Assembly: GCF_002113885.1 (NCBI RefSeq)
Contig: NW_018407191.1
Coordinates: 1,134,123 to 1,198,122 of the forward strand
DNA: 64,000 nucleotides
Direction: 5' to 3'
From: Mizuhopecten yessoensis
Taxonomy: Eukaryota
The notes under the pieces were generated by a model. The model did no database searches, was not told the origin of the DNA, and saw only the letters and a list, made by a program, of their open reading frames with translations. Numbering within the stretch: position 1 is the first letter of the stretch; every line of letters begins with the position of its first letter. Shown here one piece after another: positions 26,289 to 40,400 of the stretch. The position numbers were made by a program, and so were the translations under genes.

Positions 26289-29049
26289 AAAAAACTCTCG
26301 TATGTCTTTAGTTTAAACTTTATTTTTTATTGATGTTTAATTACAATAGTACATGGTTATAAATACAGAAAAGGATCCAGAAACAAGTACATAGTACTTA
26401 TGTAAATCCGTCTCCTCCTCGTATGTCTTTGTTCAAGAATTTATCATTTGACAAATTATATTTGGTATATAACCTATATTCCAGATATATGGTGTTCTGT
26501 AATGTCCACTTACTCTATCACCAAACAGGTCTATCGTTCTCCTTTAAGCAAAAATTGGTTACAAAATTCTTCAAACCGCTCTTTGAATTTGCGATATCAA
26601 ATTGCACTTACAATTTTGTGCAACATCAGACATATAGAGGGACCGAAGATATCACCTTGGCGTAATCTCATAAACGTGTTAAGCCATTAGAGTCAACGAT
26701 TGCAATGTTTGAATACCTATCGGATTATTAAAACGGATAAATATATCTACACATGCCAACCAATCCCATATGAAGTATATTTTGTAACCGGCAAGTCTAG
26801 AAACAATTTGGCAGAAGAAAGGAAGAAATGAGAGGAACAACACCAGCAACGCAGCAAATTGTTTGAGAACTTTATTAGCGGAGTCGATGGTTCGGAATTA
26901 TAATAGGTGTAATATTATGCTTGGACGTGTAATCTCATTTTATATAAAGGATATTGCCGTTACAATATATAATGTGACAGATGACTGCGTTCAGAAAAGC
27001 CAAACAAAAAGGTTGCTCTGTTAACATTAAAGCATGTTGTTTACGTAAAATGAAATTACTTTTAATTATTCTTATCACAGGGAAGGTTCAGAACTTCTGT
27101 GAAAAACTTAATTATTTCATCATCTTTTACATATTGAAAAATAATATCGAAAATCAGCTAGAATTAATATTGAATAAAATTGTTTAAAACAAACATCTAC
27201 GCGACGGATTACACACTACAAAAGTAGTACTTTCAACGGTGGGCTCACCGTTGTGTAGGACTATGTACTAACTTGGAATTTATGACAAGTTAATAAGTGT
27301 TTGTGAAATTCGAAAAATATGTAAAGCGCTTTATATCTTTCCAATAATGACATGTTGCCCAAATCGCATCATTAAGGATATGATATAGATGTACATATTA
27401 ACACTTGCAATATCAATGCAAACATTTCACTAGATGTGTTCGTGCTTCTATTATATCCTCTGGATAATCTGCCTGTGACTAACAGGACAGGAACTGGCTG
27501 GCCCCTGCTATATAACTCTTCTGAATCCTCCACAGCGACCGAATGCTGTTCCTGCTTCTCGGCGTACACTTCTCTACATCTCCCTCCTCTATGTCAGTAC
27601 TAGTGTTCCTAGCTCTAACGGACTCACTTGCAAACTATTTGCAGCTCGCTTAAACTAACATGCACTAGGCTCTGTACCCTCTGCTCTTTTTGCAGTCGGG
27701 TCTTGATAGTTCATTATTTTTCCCTCCACCTCCCAGGGTACAGTAAACCCGTCATCACCATCTGCTTAGGCTTTTTGGCTACAACTCGATTTCTGATCGC
27801 AAGGGTGTCACTGCGACCTCCGACACTGCACTACACCCTAGCCCGAACTTTCTGGTTGTCCATGTGCACACCAAGTCACCATTCAATATACCGTTGCCTT
27901 TACAGATTCTTCTCTCCACGTCCTCCCTCTGCGGGCTTTCACCTCTCGAGCTAGCTCCCTCTCATCATCTTTGCTGTGCCTAATGGTTGCCCGCCCGGTC
28001 TTTGCATCTGGTACTCCGAAGTGATTATCCCAAACAACGTTGTGTCGGATGAATGGTTATCATCTCAATGTCCCTAGTGGTCCACATTTTCCCTCTACTT
28101 ACTGCCACTGTTACTGTTTCTTTCCGAAGTTCTTCACTGGTCTATCATCCTAGAGATGGTTTTGCGCTCCATGAAAATCTCACCTCAGGTCATGGAAGCA
28201 ATCGGGAACCGTCGGCACTTTCCGTAATCGTAAGGAAGTGCCGACGGTTCCCGATTGGTCATTGCAGTAGTCAGTTCTTGTTATTTTACATCTAAGAATT
28301 CTTACACTGACAACAGTATAGGGGTTTTACAAAATAAATCATTATTCTTTTAATTGAATTAAAGCTGATATAGTGAAAAGAATACAAATACAATTTACTT
28401 TATATGATGCACTGCAGATTTTATTGAAGTATATTTGAAGTCTGTAAACACACAATACATTACACTGCATAACAAAATATACACATACCATGGTACTCAA
28501 AAACAGGTAAATTTTCTCTCTCCCTCACACATTCTGTATTCCTCACACCTTCCATTTTGTTTCTCTCTCTTACATCTGATTTCTTTCCATTACATGTATC
28601 CTTTTATCTCTATTTTAACTTCATTTTACATCTTTTTATTCTGTTTCACATATAATCTCAAGCATAGTCCTTGTTCCAAAGCTTTTCTTCACCAATTGGT
28701 TTGGTTTTATTTTATTTAACATCATATAGACAGCTTAGGTCAACTATTGTACAATTTAAACAAACCTGAGATGCTCACATAGATATTGTTTGCCAGAGGA
28801 TGTCTTTCTTAATTGTAAACATAATATAAACCCCAGTCCTATTCCAAAGCTGGGACCAATAACAACATTTTCAGATTCATTGTAACCTGGTATTCAAAAG
28901 ATACCAGAATTCATAATAACACAACCCCAGTGTATTTATACAGTGTTCTACGAAATTGATGTAGATTCAATAAAAATCACACTTCGGCAAAGACTTGACA
29001 TCAAACACTGAATAAAGAATTTGTTGAGAATGGTAAGCAGATTTTTTAA

Positions 29050-32000
29050 TTAGGCCTCCTCAAGCTCCACCAAAACACCATTACAGTCCTTTGGGTGCAG
29101 AAACACAACAGGTTTACCATGTGCTCCTATCTTTGCTTCTGCGCTCAATAGTCTAATGCCTTTTTCCTTCAAGTCTTTCATAGCCTCCGTTATGTTGTCC
29201 ACCTTTCAAATTTAAAAAAAAAAATATTAAGAAATAATCTTTAACATATAATTCAAGGTTGAAGTTTTGGTATTTTTAATGATCTTCTTATAGCAAATGT
29301 GAAGACAATTTTGTGTGGAAATTTTGATGTTTTGCGATCTGATTAAATCCAGAGCTTTTATTCCACTCCGATACTCTACATTCAAGAAGCTGGAGTATCA
29401 GAATGGAACAAAATATCTGTTTTTAATCAAATAGGTGTTTTAAATATTTTTCATAAATATCATCTGATGCCAAAAACATGGTATGAGCAAAACTTCCAAA
29501 GCATTAAAATATTGCGAAGTAAAAATCCAATGTAACAGTATTCCGTCTTTGCATATTGCAGAGTTGTCTTCTCTTATGAGCAGGTATTGATTGTTATGTC
29601 ATTTGTTTGTGAGAGTAACGTCATCAATTTTTGAGAAAATGACATTATTTTCTCACACAAACCAATACAATGACGTAACAATCATTACCTGCTCACAAGA
29701 GAAGATAACTCTGCAATACGCAAAGACGAAATATAAGGGAAAAAGACATCCCCTGATCAAGACAAACATCAGTTTAATGGACAAAGGGCAATAAACCTTA
29801 ATATAGTCAGACAGAAGTCAACATTTGAGCATGTGAAACCCTGCTTTTAAGACAGGTACATGTACCAACATATGAAACCTGGCATTTGCTTGTGGCAGAG
29901 TAAACTATAAAAGGAAATATACCCCAGACAAAGTGATGCATACACAGACCAGGGTTCATACAGGAATTTTACTATAAAATTCTAGGCTTTTTTACGGCCT
30001 TTTTATTGCCTTCTTTTTACTCAAATAAAGGCCTCAAATTTCCGCCAAAAAAATTCTCAAAATACAAAGATCTGCCTGTATTACCTGTATGTCTCTAAAC
30101 TCATCATTTAAAATCAAAATTTAACACTGGTCGGTAGTCCAAAAATCAAGAAATTAACTTGTAACAAATATCTCATGTTTTTGTATTTTCTGAATTCATT
30201 TTTATGAGAATAACACCACAAAATCACCAAAATCAATATACCATTATAGTTCAAATATGATTTAGTCAAAGTAAAGGCTTATTTTGACGGCCTCTTGTGT
30301 TATAGGAGTACAGTGGGGACTACTTATTCAGTTTGATTTAATTAAATGAAACTGACACCATGTCCTTATCACCCTTTAAGTTTACTTATGTTTTTCACTA
30401 AAATAGAGTATGATTTACCTCAATACAGATATGATGCATTCCTCCATTTTTGTTCTTGTCCAAGAAGTTCTGTATAGGGCTGTTCTCTCCCATCGGATTC
30501 AGTAACTAGGTAGAAACCACAAAGGAAGATTGTGTGATAGTCATTAAGCTGATGTCCTGGTACAGAACACAGGACATGGAAAGTACAATAACTGTGGGAA
30601 ATGCTCATCCTACATTAACATTATCTCAAAAATTCGCCTCAGATAACAGGCTACGAAGGTTGGTTTGTGTTTTACATCCTATTAACAGCTATGGTCATAT
30701 TAAGGACGTGCCAGGTTTGGTTTTGCCGGAGGTCCCAGAGAAAAACGACCAGTACCTGGTGACTGCCCCATGTAGGACTCGATCGCACGACCCAGTGGTG
30801 GAGGGCTAGTGGTAGCAGAATGTCAGACGCCTTAATCACTTGACCGCTGCGGCTACTTAGGGATAAAATAAATATGGCCTTGCTTTCCAGATGCTATAGT
30901 GGGACACAAAATTACATCCAGAGCTGAATCCAAGCAGACAGGGGAATTTTGACTGGTAAATAGAAAACCTGAATTTTCTTACAGTTAGGGAAGGATCATC
31001 AGAAATGTGTTTACTGTATTGTCTGATGCATGAGGTGAATACTGTATTAAGACACTTAAATTAAATGTGGTTTTTTATACATGGCCTGAAAAATATACAC
31101 AATATATAAACCCTACATTTGTTGCGCTGAATCAGAAAGGATGACTGACTATATTCTTCACAAAAAGTCAATTGCCACAAATTTAATATGGTATACGGTG
31201 ATTGAAATATTCAGCTGAGCAATTTAGTATTGAGCGATTCCAAGTCAAGAAAATTTCATAAATCATGAAGTTTTATGTTGTTTGTATATACAATGTTTGT
31301 AACTATGTAATACAATGTTTGTAACTATGTAATACAATGTTTGTTACTATGTAATACAATGTTTGTTACTATGTAATACAATGTTTGTAACTATGTAATA
31401 CAATGTTTGTAACTATGTAATACAATGTTTGTTACTATGTAATGAAATATGATGTACATGTACAATGTTTATATATCATGAAGACTTCCATGACAAGACA
31501 AAATAGTTTTCTTTACCTGGAGAAGATATATGTATAATGTACGAACCTCTAATTTTGTATCTCCAAGTTCAATAAACACAGTGTATACGCCATGGTCAGG
31601 TTGAGGCTGTAAGAATCAAATTAGATATAAAACATATATAATAACCAACTCACACAAAATATACATAAATACCCATTTCTGATGGAACATACTGATCATA
31701 GGCTTTCTATGGCAGAACCTGTTATTCTGAGTTGGTGAATGTTGGAAACATTTTTTTATATAACAGGTTTTTTTTTCTCTTTTTTTTTCGTTTTTTGCAA
31801 GGTTATTAACATTCAATTTGTTATGTAGCGAGAACGTGATGTTTAAAAAGCTTTATCCAAATGACCTTGTGACCGTGTCCTTAGACTTTCAGCATTCAAA
31901 GTGTTTATGCTTCTTTCTTGTGATTCCGTAAATCCCTGAGAGCAGATATCTGCATTAACATTGTTTGTTTAGAAGGTAATGGTTAATAGAAACAGAAAGT

Positions 32001-35000
32001 GTTTTAACTTTGGTAACAATTTATTCAACACATAGTGAGAAATTGATCCATACAAAAATTGGAAAGCAACATTGGACACTGTCCTTGACCAATGACCTTC
32101 CACCTTTGCAGCTTCTTCCTTTTTTTTTTTTATTTAAGCATGTTTAGTATATATTCCGTTGATAACACGAAAAGACATTGAAATTTCAAAAAAAATCAAT
32201 CACTCCAACAAATTTGGCAAATATGGTTGATGTTCATCAGCTGTTTTAAAATGTGATAGGAAGCATGATTATTTGGTCTATTGGGAACAACTTACATGTT
32301 TGTCGCTGACTTCGGCTCCAAGGACGTCCCTGAACAGAGAGGTGGCCTTGCCCATGTCAGGAACAGCTACAGCCACATGGTTTATCTTACCAATCTTCCA
32401 GTTCTGTCATGTATGCAATGATATTTTGATTTAAACATGCATTTCTAGAAATTGTTACAGATTATGTAATCTTCAATTGAAACATGATGTTCAAAATTTG
32501 ACCGCATACTTTAATATAAAAGTACCCCCAAATTGAAACTGGTCCAGAATCCAAAATTAATTGAACATATTATGAACCATCACTACATTTTCAATATCAG
32601 TAATTCTTGTTTTTGCAGGTCAATTCATTTAAAATTTATTGTTTTTGCAGGTCAATTCATTTAAAATTTACAATCATTTTGACAATTATTTTTCTTTTAG
32701 CAGATTTCTTTCTTTAGTTAACAGATAGGAAGCCTCAAGTTAGACATTTGAGAATATCACCCCTTGGGTTGAGATTTTTACTATCATGCCCTCAAGGTAA
32801 GGGAAGATTCTATAAAAGATACAACAATTATAACCTATAGCTATACATGTACATCAGGTTACCATGGTTACATAAGACAGATACACCTATAGAAAAGGTG
32901 ACATTCTACATGATGTCTATCTATACACACACTGTCCTTCCTGTAGGTGACAAGAGATATCATATCTAACATAAGTACCCAGATTTTCAATTTCTGAGGG
33001 GGTTCAGATACAAAAAGTTATTTTCGTAAGCAAAAATGACATTTTTTTGATGATTTTTTTCTTTAGAATGTATCCTCTTAGAACTTTCGAGCCACAACTT
33101 TGCCAAAATTACACCAGGTTCTTGAATGTGACCCATTTCTGTAGCCATAAACTAGAACCTTCTAAAATTGACCACAAGATTCTCGGGTGTGGTCTAGTCC
33201 TGTGGCCATGGATCTATTTGAACAAGACCTCAACTCCCAAAAAGATCATAACAACACACTAGAACTATTCCAGATCACCTACCCTTGACCAATCAACAGA
33301 TGTTGATCATTTTTCGGACTAGTAGATTCCGACACAGTTTTCATGGAATCAATAACACTACAATATCACAAGGCTGGGCAAACCAGTCAGAGGATGGGAC
33401 AATTTGAAAGAGGTTGAACACCAACAAATGATGGTGAGCTGTTTTAACATCAGTTAACTGAAAAATGTTCTAATTTGAGAATAAAAGAAGATATGTGGAT
33501 CAACAACAAGCCCTTACAACCATCCTAATCCTCATCGATCAATACTCCAGAAGATATGCTCACTTTTGCTCTCTGCACCACTGGAATGTGTCATACCAAA
33601 ATTGAAGGCTCAGTGTGCGCCACCTTGTGGATGATACAAGAAAATAAGTTTGTTCTCCTGATGTACATCAAAAGAATCTTGCGGACAGACGTGGAAAGGT
33701 TAATTTGACTGACTTTGAAGTCAGGTGTTGCTTCTCTGTAATCTTCAATGGACAGGTATCCGTCTATAGCAATTGGTCAGGTTTTTTTTACCCGAGACCA
33801 ATCAAAAAGTTAGTCACATGCCTTCAATTTTGCTACAACATATCCAGGGAGGTGCAGGGAGGGAAAGTGAGTGGAACCCCATTGAGTATTCAGGATGAAA
33901 GATCCTAGGAAAGAAAGTTTAAATCAGAAAAATAATAAAATCACAAAGGAACTGAAACAAATATCATCTCACACACAAAAAATGGAACCAAATGCCAAAA
34001 CCACAAACTTCAATTGTTCATCAAAGCCTGTCTCCAACACAGACCTTCCACATCTGATGGCCAGACAAAATTTCAATCCATGAGTTCTGGCAGAGGACTG
34101 CATGTCCCAATCACTGTCTCTACCAACCAGAGGAAATGGTGGTGGATTGGTTCAAAGGTCGAGACCAGTCAAATCACTGATCCAGAACCCACAGTCCTCC
34201 AGAGAGACAGGTCGCCCAGTGACTGCTATCTGGAGAACTTGTGATCTCCAGAAGACTAGGATGTCCTGGACGAAGCCAAGGTCCTGGCTACAGGTTGAGC
34301 CTACTGGAGAGCTGTGGTTAAGGCCTTATACAGAGTGAAGAGGACTAAGTGATTAACTAAGAACCAAGCTACAAAATATGTCTGAGAATGAACCAATAAC
34401 ATCTACACTGACAACATCCTTTTTACCACCATTCTTCCTTTTGATCATTTACCACATCACCCATTAAAAATCAACAAAGGTGCTAGCAAAAGTTAATCTC
34501 AATTAACCACTCGATTTGCACCTTCTGTCACTTTGATGGGTTTACCCATAAAAAAAAAGAATCATTAAGTGACATACTTACTCCAGCACATACTGCCCTT
34601 CCTGTGTGTAACAGCCTGTCTTGTGCTTTTACCTACAGAAAAAAATCTTTTTGTTTAATTCTGTTAATCAAGGTTCAGCAAGCCCAAAAAGATGGTTGTA
34701 TAATGGCCACGTTAATTTCAACCCAGTGATAAGTCATGTTTAAGAACCCAATTAAACATTGATATCTAAGTATTCAGTCATAGCTTGACAAAGGGACCAG
34801 TCGGTCTTGAAACGTTGCAACACGTTTAATATGTACATTGTGTATAAAGTAATACTTTGATATCACATATTTCCAAACTGATTGATCTTATTGAAGATAT
34901 CATAATTAAACATTAATATTGAGATGTGCAATTCGGATGCATTAAACTTAAGGTTAAGACCATTAAGTCAGGAAAACAAATCAACATTTAATGTTATAAA

Positions 35001-37162
35001 ATGATAAAATGATTTTTTTTGGAGATGGAGAAAAAAATGTTCCCAGGACATTTACCAAAGTGGGGAGGGGGCTTATAAGCGAGAGGGGGCTTTTTTGCGG
35101 TAAAATATGGTAAATATATAATTCATTATTAATCTAGGTCACACATCTCTGGAATTAACATGTAAATACTATTAAAATACATCAACAAGACATTTTATAA
35201 TAATTGTGGTTTTGACTAATCTTAGAGCTAGGCCAGTATTACTCTCAACAGCTAATCATTTATCAAGCTCTGCATGACCTAGGTAACTTTAGAAAGGGTT
35301 TAATTTTGTAAGCATACAGTTTCATTACAAAAGTATTATTTAAAATGAGTTCATGTTCCATATATTCAATTTACGTATCTCAACACCAATGTTTAATTAG
35401 GGTCTTTTGACTTGAAATATGACTTACCATGGGGTTGAAATTTTTGCTGACCATACCATCATTTAGTGGGCTAGTCGTAACCTTAACATTTTAATGAATC
35501 CAATCAGATCCAGTACACAACACTGATTGAGCTACATAGCTGTAGAGACCTATATAGCAATATCCACATATAGTTTAAAGTTGTATTGAGCTATCTTTCT
35601 AAGATTTCAGTTTGAATAAAAATATATCATACAATTAGATGCATAGTTTTATTTTTCAATAAATGTAACAAAAAAGCAACAGTTGTTTATTAAAGAACAA
35701 TTTTATCTGATGTCTTTTGTAATCAAAATAGGTGTGGCGAAACTGAAATGGGTTGATCATCGACGATCAGGTAGCACAGTTAGTAGAGCGTCCGTCTAGA
35801 GTTCAAAGGGTCCTGGGTTCAAACCCTGGTCTGGCCGTTACATTTCTCTTTCTCCTGTCAGGCGCGTAGCTAGCCCCTTTACCATGTGTAAGCCCGATAT
35901 GGGGTTGCCAAAGGCAGCCCCCCCCCCCCCCCCCGAAAGCACGAGCAGGAGGAGAGTATGGAAAGGGGTCTTCCCCCCCCCCTTTAAGTGGGGTCTGGGG
36001 GGTCTCCCCGAGGAAAATGTTGTTTATTAGAACATCTCAGGAGCCATTTAGCACGTCCTGATGTCTGTTTTCTTGTTTTCATCAGCAAGAAAAAACTCCT
36101 ATGTTTTGTATATCTATATACCTATTTACGTGGATCCAGTGTAATTCTGAAGATTAACCGTCGGTATTGCTTTGTACACCCTCCGTACATACATTGTCTG
36201 GTTTTTACCTAATCTTGATAAATGCATTTGATACTTCTGCATTAGTGAACATGCAATTGGGTTTGTCTTTCTAATAATCTGATCCGAGTTAATTGGGAAG
36301 CGAGGTTACCCCCACTGTCACCTTTACTCAGTCTCCAACACAGTTTCGTCTTCTGTTTGTGCTTTGTAACTGGTTCCTTACACTTGCTCCTGTTATTTGT
36401 TGGGCATTTCGAGAAGCGAGGTTGCCCCACTAACTATTAACAATGTATCATACCTGAGGAATTACATATGTATACTATATATTCAAAACTTAAACTCCAC
36501 TTTATAGTATCAGCAAGAAAAAAAACGTCATGAAAACCTATACTTGTCAAAATCATGTGCAAGCCCGGGCTTATTGGCTTACATGGTAGCTACGCACCTG
36601 CCTGTTACAATTTATTGGCGGTCTTGCCAACCCTGGTTTCTAGCATTTGGTGTCGCAATTTAATTTAGCAAGGATATACCCAAATCGCAGGATCTCGTTA
36701 CAAATGTCTGGATTACACATATGATATGGGTCACAACACACATACCCATATCAGTATAGCATATGTGTATTTCATACATTTGAAATGAGATCATGTGCCC
36801 AAATCTACGTTGTTAATAGTGTTGTCCTTGGGGCGAAGACTTAGAAAAAGGAGGGTCAGTCGTTGCTATTTATTGGCTGGGTCAATACAATAAATATGGA
36901 AGAATCAGTCGTTATCACAATGCCATGTCGATTATTTTCTTTAACAGTGTTAGACACAAATATTTACATTTACAAGAAGCGAAAGTAACCAATCAACTCA
37001 CTAACACAAAATAAGTTAAAGTGAAAGTAGAAACGTCAAAATAGATAAAGCTAATGTATAACTTGCAAGCAATCGACGTATCGAAACAATCGTCTGCTCA
37101 TCTTTTGTCTGTCTTACCAGGGAAATGGCTCGTCTTGATATGTGTTTTAGTAAGAAGGTCAT
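29050..37162 (-). CDS. MCEE: Methylmalonyl-CoA epimerase, mitochondrial (~167 aa, 6 exons)
   Basis: Exons 37162-37118, 34632-34582, 32403-32296, 31606-31547, 30505-30419, 29202-29050, all phase 0 GT-AG. Translation includes INHVAVAVPD, HGVYTVFIELGDTKLELL, GGMHHICIEVD, IGAHGKPVVFLHPKDCNGVLVELEE*. Arg-rich presequence-like N-terminus. Confidence 0.96.
29539..29733. mobile_element. Foldback MITE (~63-bp arms) in the last MCEE intron
   Basis: TATTCCGTCTTTGCATATTGCAGAGTTGTCTTCTCTT... / ...AAGAGAAGATAACTCTGCAATACGCAAAGACGAAATA. Confidence 0.75.
30658..30853 (-). mobile_element. SINE copy in an MCEE intron
   Basis: Shares GGTGGAGGGCTAGTGGTAGCAGAATGTCAGACGCCTTAA and tail with the other copies. Confidence 0.85.
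31289..31443. repeat. 22-bp tandem repeat, 7 copies
   Basis: TACAATGTTTGT(A/T)ACTATGTAA. Confidence 0.9.
34180..34355 (+). mobile_element. Decayed RTE-like LINE 3' end
   Basis: Frameshifted peptide resembling the RTE C-terminus (GRP..WRT...SW..A...WRAVVKAL) followed by GAAGAGGACTAAGT. Confidence 0.5.
34766..34904 (+). mobile_element. Short Penelope-like terminal fragment
   Basis: CTTGACAAAGGGACC-AGTC-GGTCTT-GAAACGTTG hairpin motif, flanked by ATTAAACATT(G/A)ATAT direct repeats. Confidence 0.45.
35771..35858 (+). mobile_element. tRNA-like SINE head interrupted by a DNA transposon
   Basis: GTAGCACAGTTAGTAGAGCG (A box), GGTTCAAACCC (B box); does not close into a tRNA acceptor stem. Confidence 0.6.
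35859..36600. mobile_element. Non-autonomous DNA transposon with 5-bp TSD
   Basis: TIRs CAGGCGCGTAGCTA / TAGCTACGCACCTG; TSD CCTGT at 35854-35858 and 36601-36605. Confidence 0.85.
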
Positions 37163-37455
37163 GGTACCGGTGAAACTATTGTAAAGCAGATTATTTTTGA
37201 CCTTACAGTAACAAACAGAATGCGCATGCGTCGACTACACTAAGCATAAACTTCGCCTAAAATATAAGTTCTTTGTGTTTGTTATTAATTTCTGCCATGT
37301 GGAATAAAATGATACAGAACACCACTTTTAAAGGATTCCTGTCTTTTGAACTCTTTTCTTTAAACTATCAACCAAGTGAACTAATCGAATGCACCTAAAC
37401 TCCAACCGGAAGTCAACTCCCGGAAGCTGATTTCACACATGTGTTGCAGCATAAA
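37163..37455. promoter_or_regulatory. Bidirectional promoter MCEE/TIMM44
   Basis: 293 bp between divergent ATGs; NRF1-like TGCGCATGCG 37221-37230; tandem ETS-like ACCGGAAGT 37405-37413 and CCCGGAAGC 37419-37427. Confidence 0.75.
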
Positions 37456-40400
37456 ATGGCTTTTCAGGTAGCATTTCGAGCCGGGACCCGACAAAAGGCT
37501 GCAATTCAACAGGTACACATTTGTTTACCTTGTTTGTCACAGAACTTGTTTAGCTTTCGATGCTTCCGTTGTGAATTACTGATTTCCATGTTGCTGTCGT
37601 TCTGAATACAACATGAAAATGACAAGGTTGCCATGATCCACAGAAGGTTATGTATGACCTGCTTAGATAAGACAGCGTAAATTTAATGGTAACTTGCTAA
37701 ATCATGCATAAAAAAAATCTTTAAAACAAGCAATAATGGTACAGAAATGTGCTAAAGTCGCCTTCTTTATCCGATTCAGCCACCTACTCATCTTCAAGTT
37801 CAGGGGCGGATGCATGATTTGCATGGGGGGATGGGTAGCAGGGTAACTATCCATGATTGTATGGGTTCGATTGTTTCAAAGGTGGTCCATATATATATTT
37901 GTTTATGTATATATATTTGTGTAATCATGTATGCACTTATCTCCTCTTGATATTTCAGCTTATCAAATGTCAGTCATGTATAGCCTCATCAGAGAGCCAA
38001 CCAATAACAAGGGCAGGATACCTGGACAGTCGACTACATCAACAGCAGGTGATTAGGAAGGCAATTAGGAATTACTTTCGTACAATACAACACACAGATG
38101 TCAAAATTGTACTTCATGGAGTATGAGAAAGACTTTGTTTACATAACTATCAATCAATCAGTTTTATTATTTAAGTGCTAAACAACATGTTATAATCAGT
38201 AAAAACTTAAAGTTTCCATAAGAGTAAGATTTTTATACCCGCTGCAGATGTTTTATAACAAGGTAAAAAAAATATAACTGCATCCATAGAACAAAATTTA
38301 TAGTATTAAAAACAGTAGGTCGCCACATTTTGTTTCAAGTTTTTAAGGTCAGGTAAATTTGTTATTCCAAAATGTTGCATAATTTGTTTTGCAGAGTATT
38401 TTCTACAAAGTGTTTAAATAGATCATTACTCTCCGTCCAAACTCCCATCAAAATCTACATCCTGTGGTCAAATGATCTCATAGTTACTACAGGGTGTTTG
38501 TAATGATCATGACAGGTGTGTCTGAATCAAATGACTGTTTTTCGTAGTTAATTTGATACATAAAAAGGGGAAGAAAAATTGAGCAAAGTAGTTTCAGTTG
38601 CGTTTCACACACTTTTTCCCTCATTGGAAATGTTGAATGAGGGATATCTCTGTCATTAGAGGTTTCAGAGGTTGACAACTACGATAACTAAAAGGGAAGT
38701 CAACATGCATGTGAATCACATGATTCCAGTAGCAGTACCTACTAAAGCCATTGGGGGTATGGTTACCAAAATATTATTGATACAGTCAAACATACTGATA
38801 CAGCCACCTACATTAAGAGACCACCTGTGTTAAAATACCATATTTGATGTTCCCTGCTGTAGAGATTTAATTGTAAGTTGAAACCTTTATTAAAAGACCA
38901 CTTGTGTTAAGAGATCGCCTTTTTATTTCCATGGGTGGTCTAGATCTTTTAATACAGTTTTGACATTAGGTGGGGTTTTATCATCACATTATTTAAACAG
39001 AGATTGATTATTTATATATGTAAACAGTATTATGTATCTTTTAGTGTAAAATCAACAAAGGTAAAAATGTCAAAAATGTTAACTTTGCTTTAGTGGTTAT
39101 TTGCGGAGGAGATAAAAGAGTGATTATTGGTTTTATAATAACTTTGAAACATATTTTTTTTATTCGATAAAATGTGTATCTGTTACAGGTTCGGCACATG
39201 TCAAGCCAACCAAACTTTTTCCAAAATGTATGGAATGAAATAAAAGAAGGTTTTCAAAAAGACCAAGACATGAAGGTAAGTAATTACACTATGTTATTTT
39301 TTTTTATTTTTTTTTTATATGACTACAATAGAACATGACAACCGAGCTGTTGTTCCTGTACATACTGTATATGTATTCAAATTACATATTTTTTCCACAT
39401 TGTTAAACTACAGATCGCATTATTTGAACCTGGTGACCATTAATTTATGTTTATTTACAGAAAAACTTGAAAAAATTCAGAGAAGAAACAAAGAAATTAG
39501 AAGAATCGGACGCATTACAGAAGGCAAAGGCAAAATATGTAAGTATAACAGTACTCAAACCACTATTGATAGATTAATAAGTATTTCGGCAAGGTTACAT
39601 TGTGATATGTCCTCTTTGATACTGGTCATATTCAGTGCGATTTGATATCCAGGGGTAAATATGTAAGTATAACAGTACTCAAACCGCTATTAATAGATTT
39701 ATTATTATTTCAGTAAGGTTACAAGATAATGTTGTAACCTTACTGAAATGATTATAAATCTATTATACTACTGAAGATGACCAGTTTCAAATGGGCTATA
39801 TCATGTTACATGATATATCTCATTTGAAACTGGTCATATTCAGCAGTATATACAATTGGTATCCAGGGGTAAATATGTTGAGAAATATTGACAGGCCATT
39901 CAAACAAAACAGATTCAACCATCCATAAAGTTTATGTCCCAGTAACAGAAAGCCCTGAAATCAAGAGTTACATTTAAACAAATTTATTCAATAAAACAAG
40001 GATAATGATATTATTATAAACAATACTTGAATGCACTTAAATATCTCACGCCGTGGGACACATTTCTCACAAATTTCAATCTGTTTCACAAAAAGAAACA
40101 CATTCTGGTCAATTCTAGTGAAGAAACAAAATAGTTACATAGATTCACACTGACCTTGGTCACAGAAAAGTCTTAAATCACAGGCCAACCACTTTAACTA
40201 CAGGCCAGGCCATTGATAAGAGCTGCGAAACCGGACATTGAAATCCGAAATTTATTCTCTCGTCGTCATCGGGATGTTAATGAAAAATAATGTTTACACA
40301 ATTAGGCAAATTTCTTCATAGTTGGATAATGAAAAATATTTTTTTTTATAATTTTTTTATAATTTTTTTCAGGTAATGAAGATTAAATATTCCTAATGTT

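Noticed and set aside
26318-28170. Possible antisense LINE remnants between SOUL and MCEE
   Set aside because: Only compositional hints; no assignable domain.
35771-35845. Possible tRNA gene
   Set aside because: A/B boxes present but no clean acceptor stem, and it runs into SINE-like body.
38395-38470. Candidate extra TIMM44 exon after TTTTGCAG
   Set aside because: Stop codon in the required phase 0; the model is complete without it.
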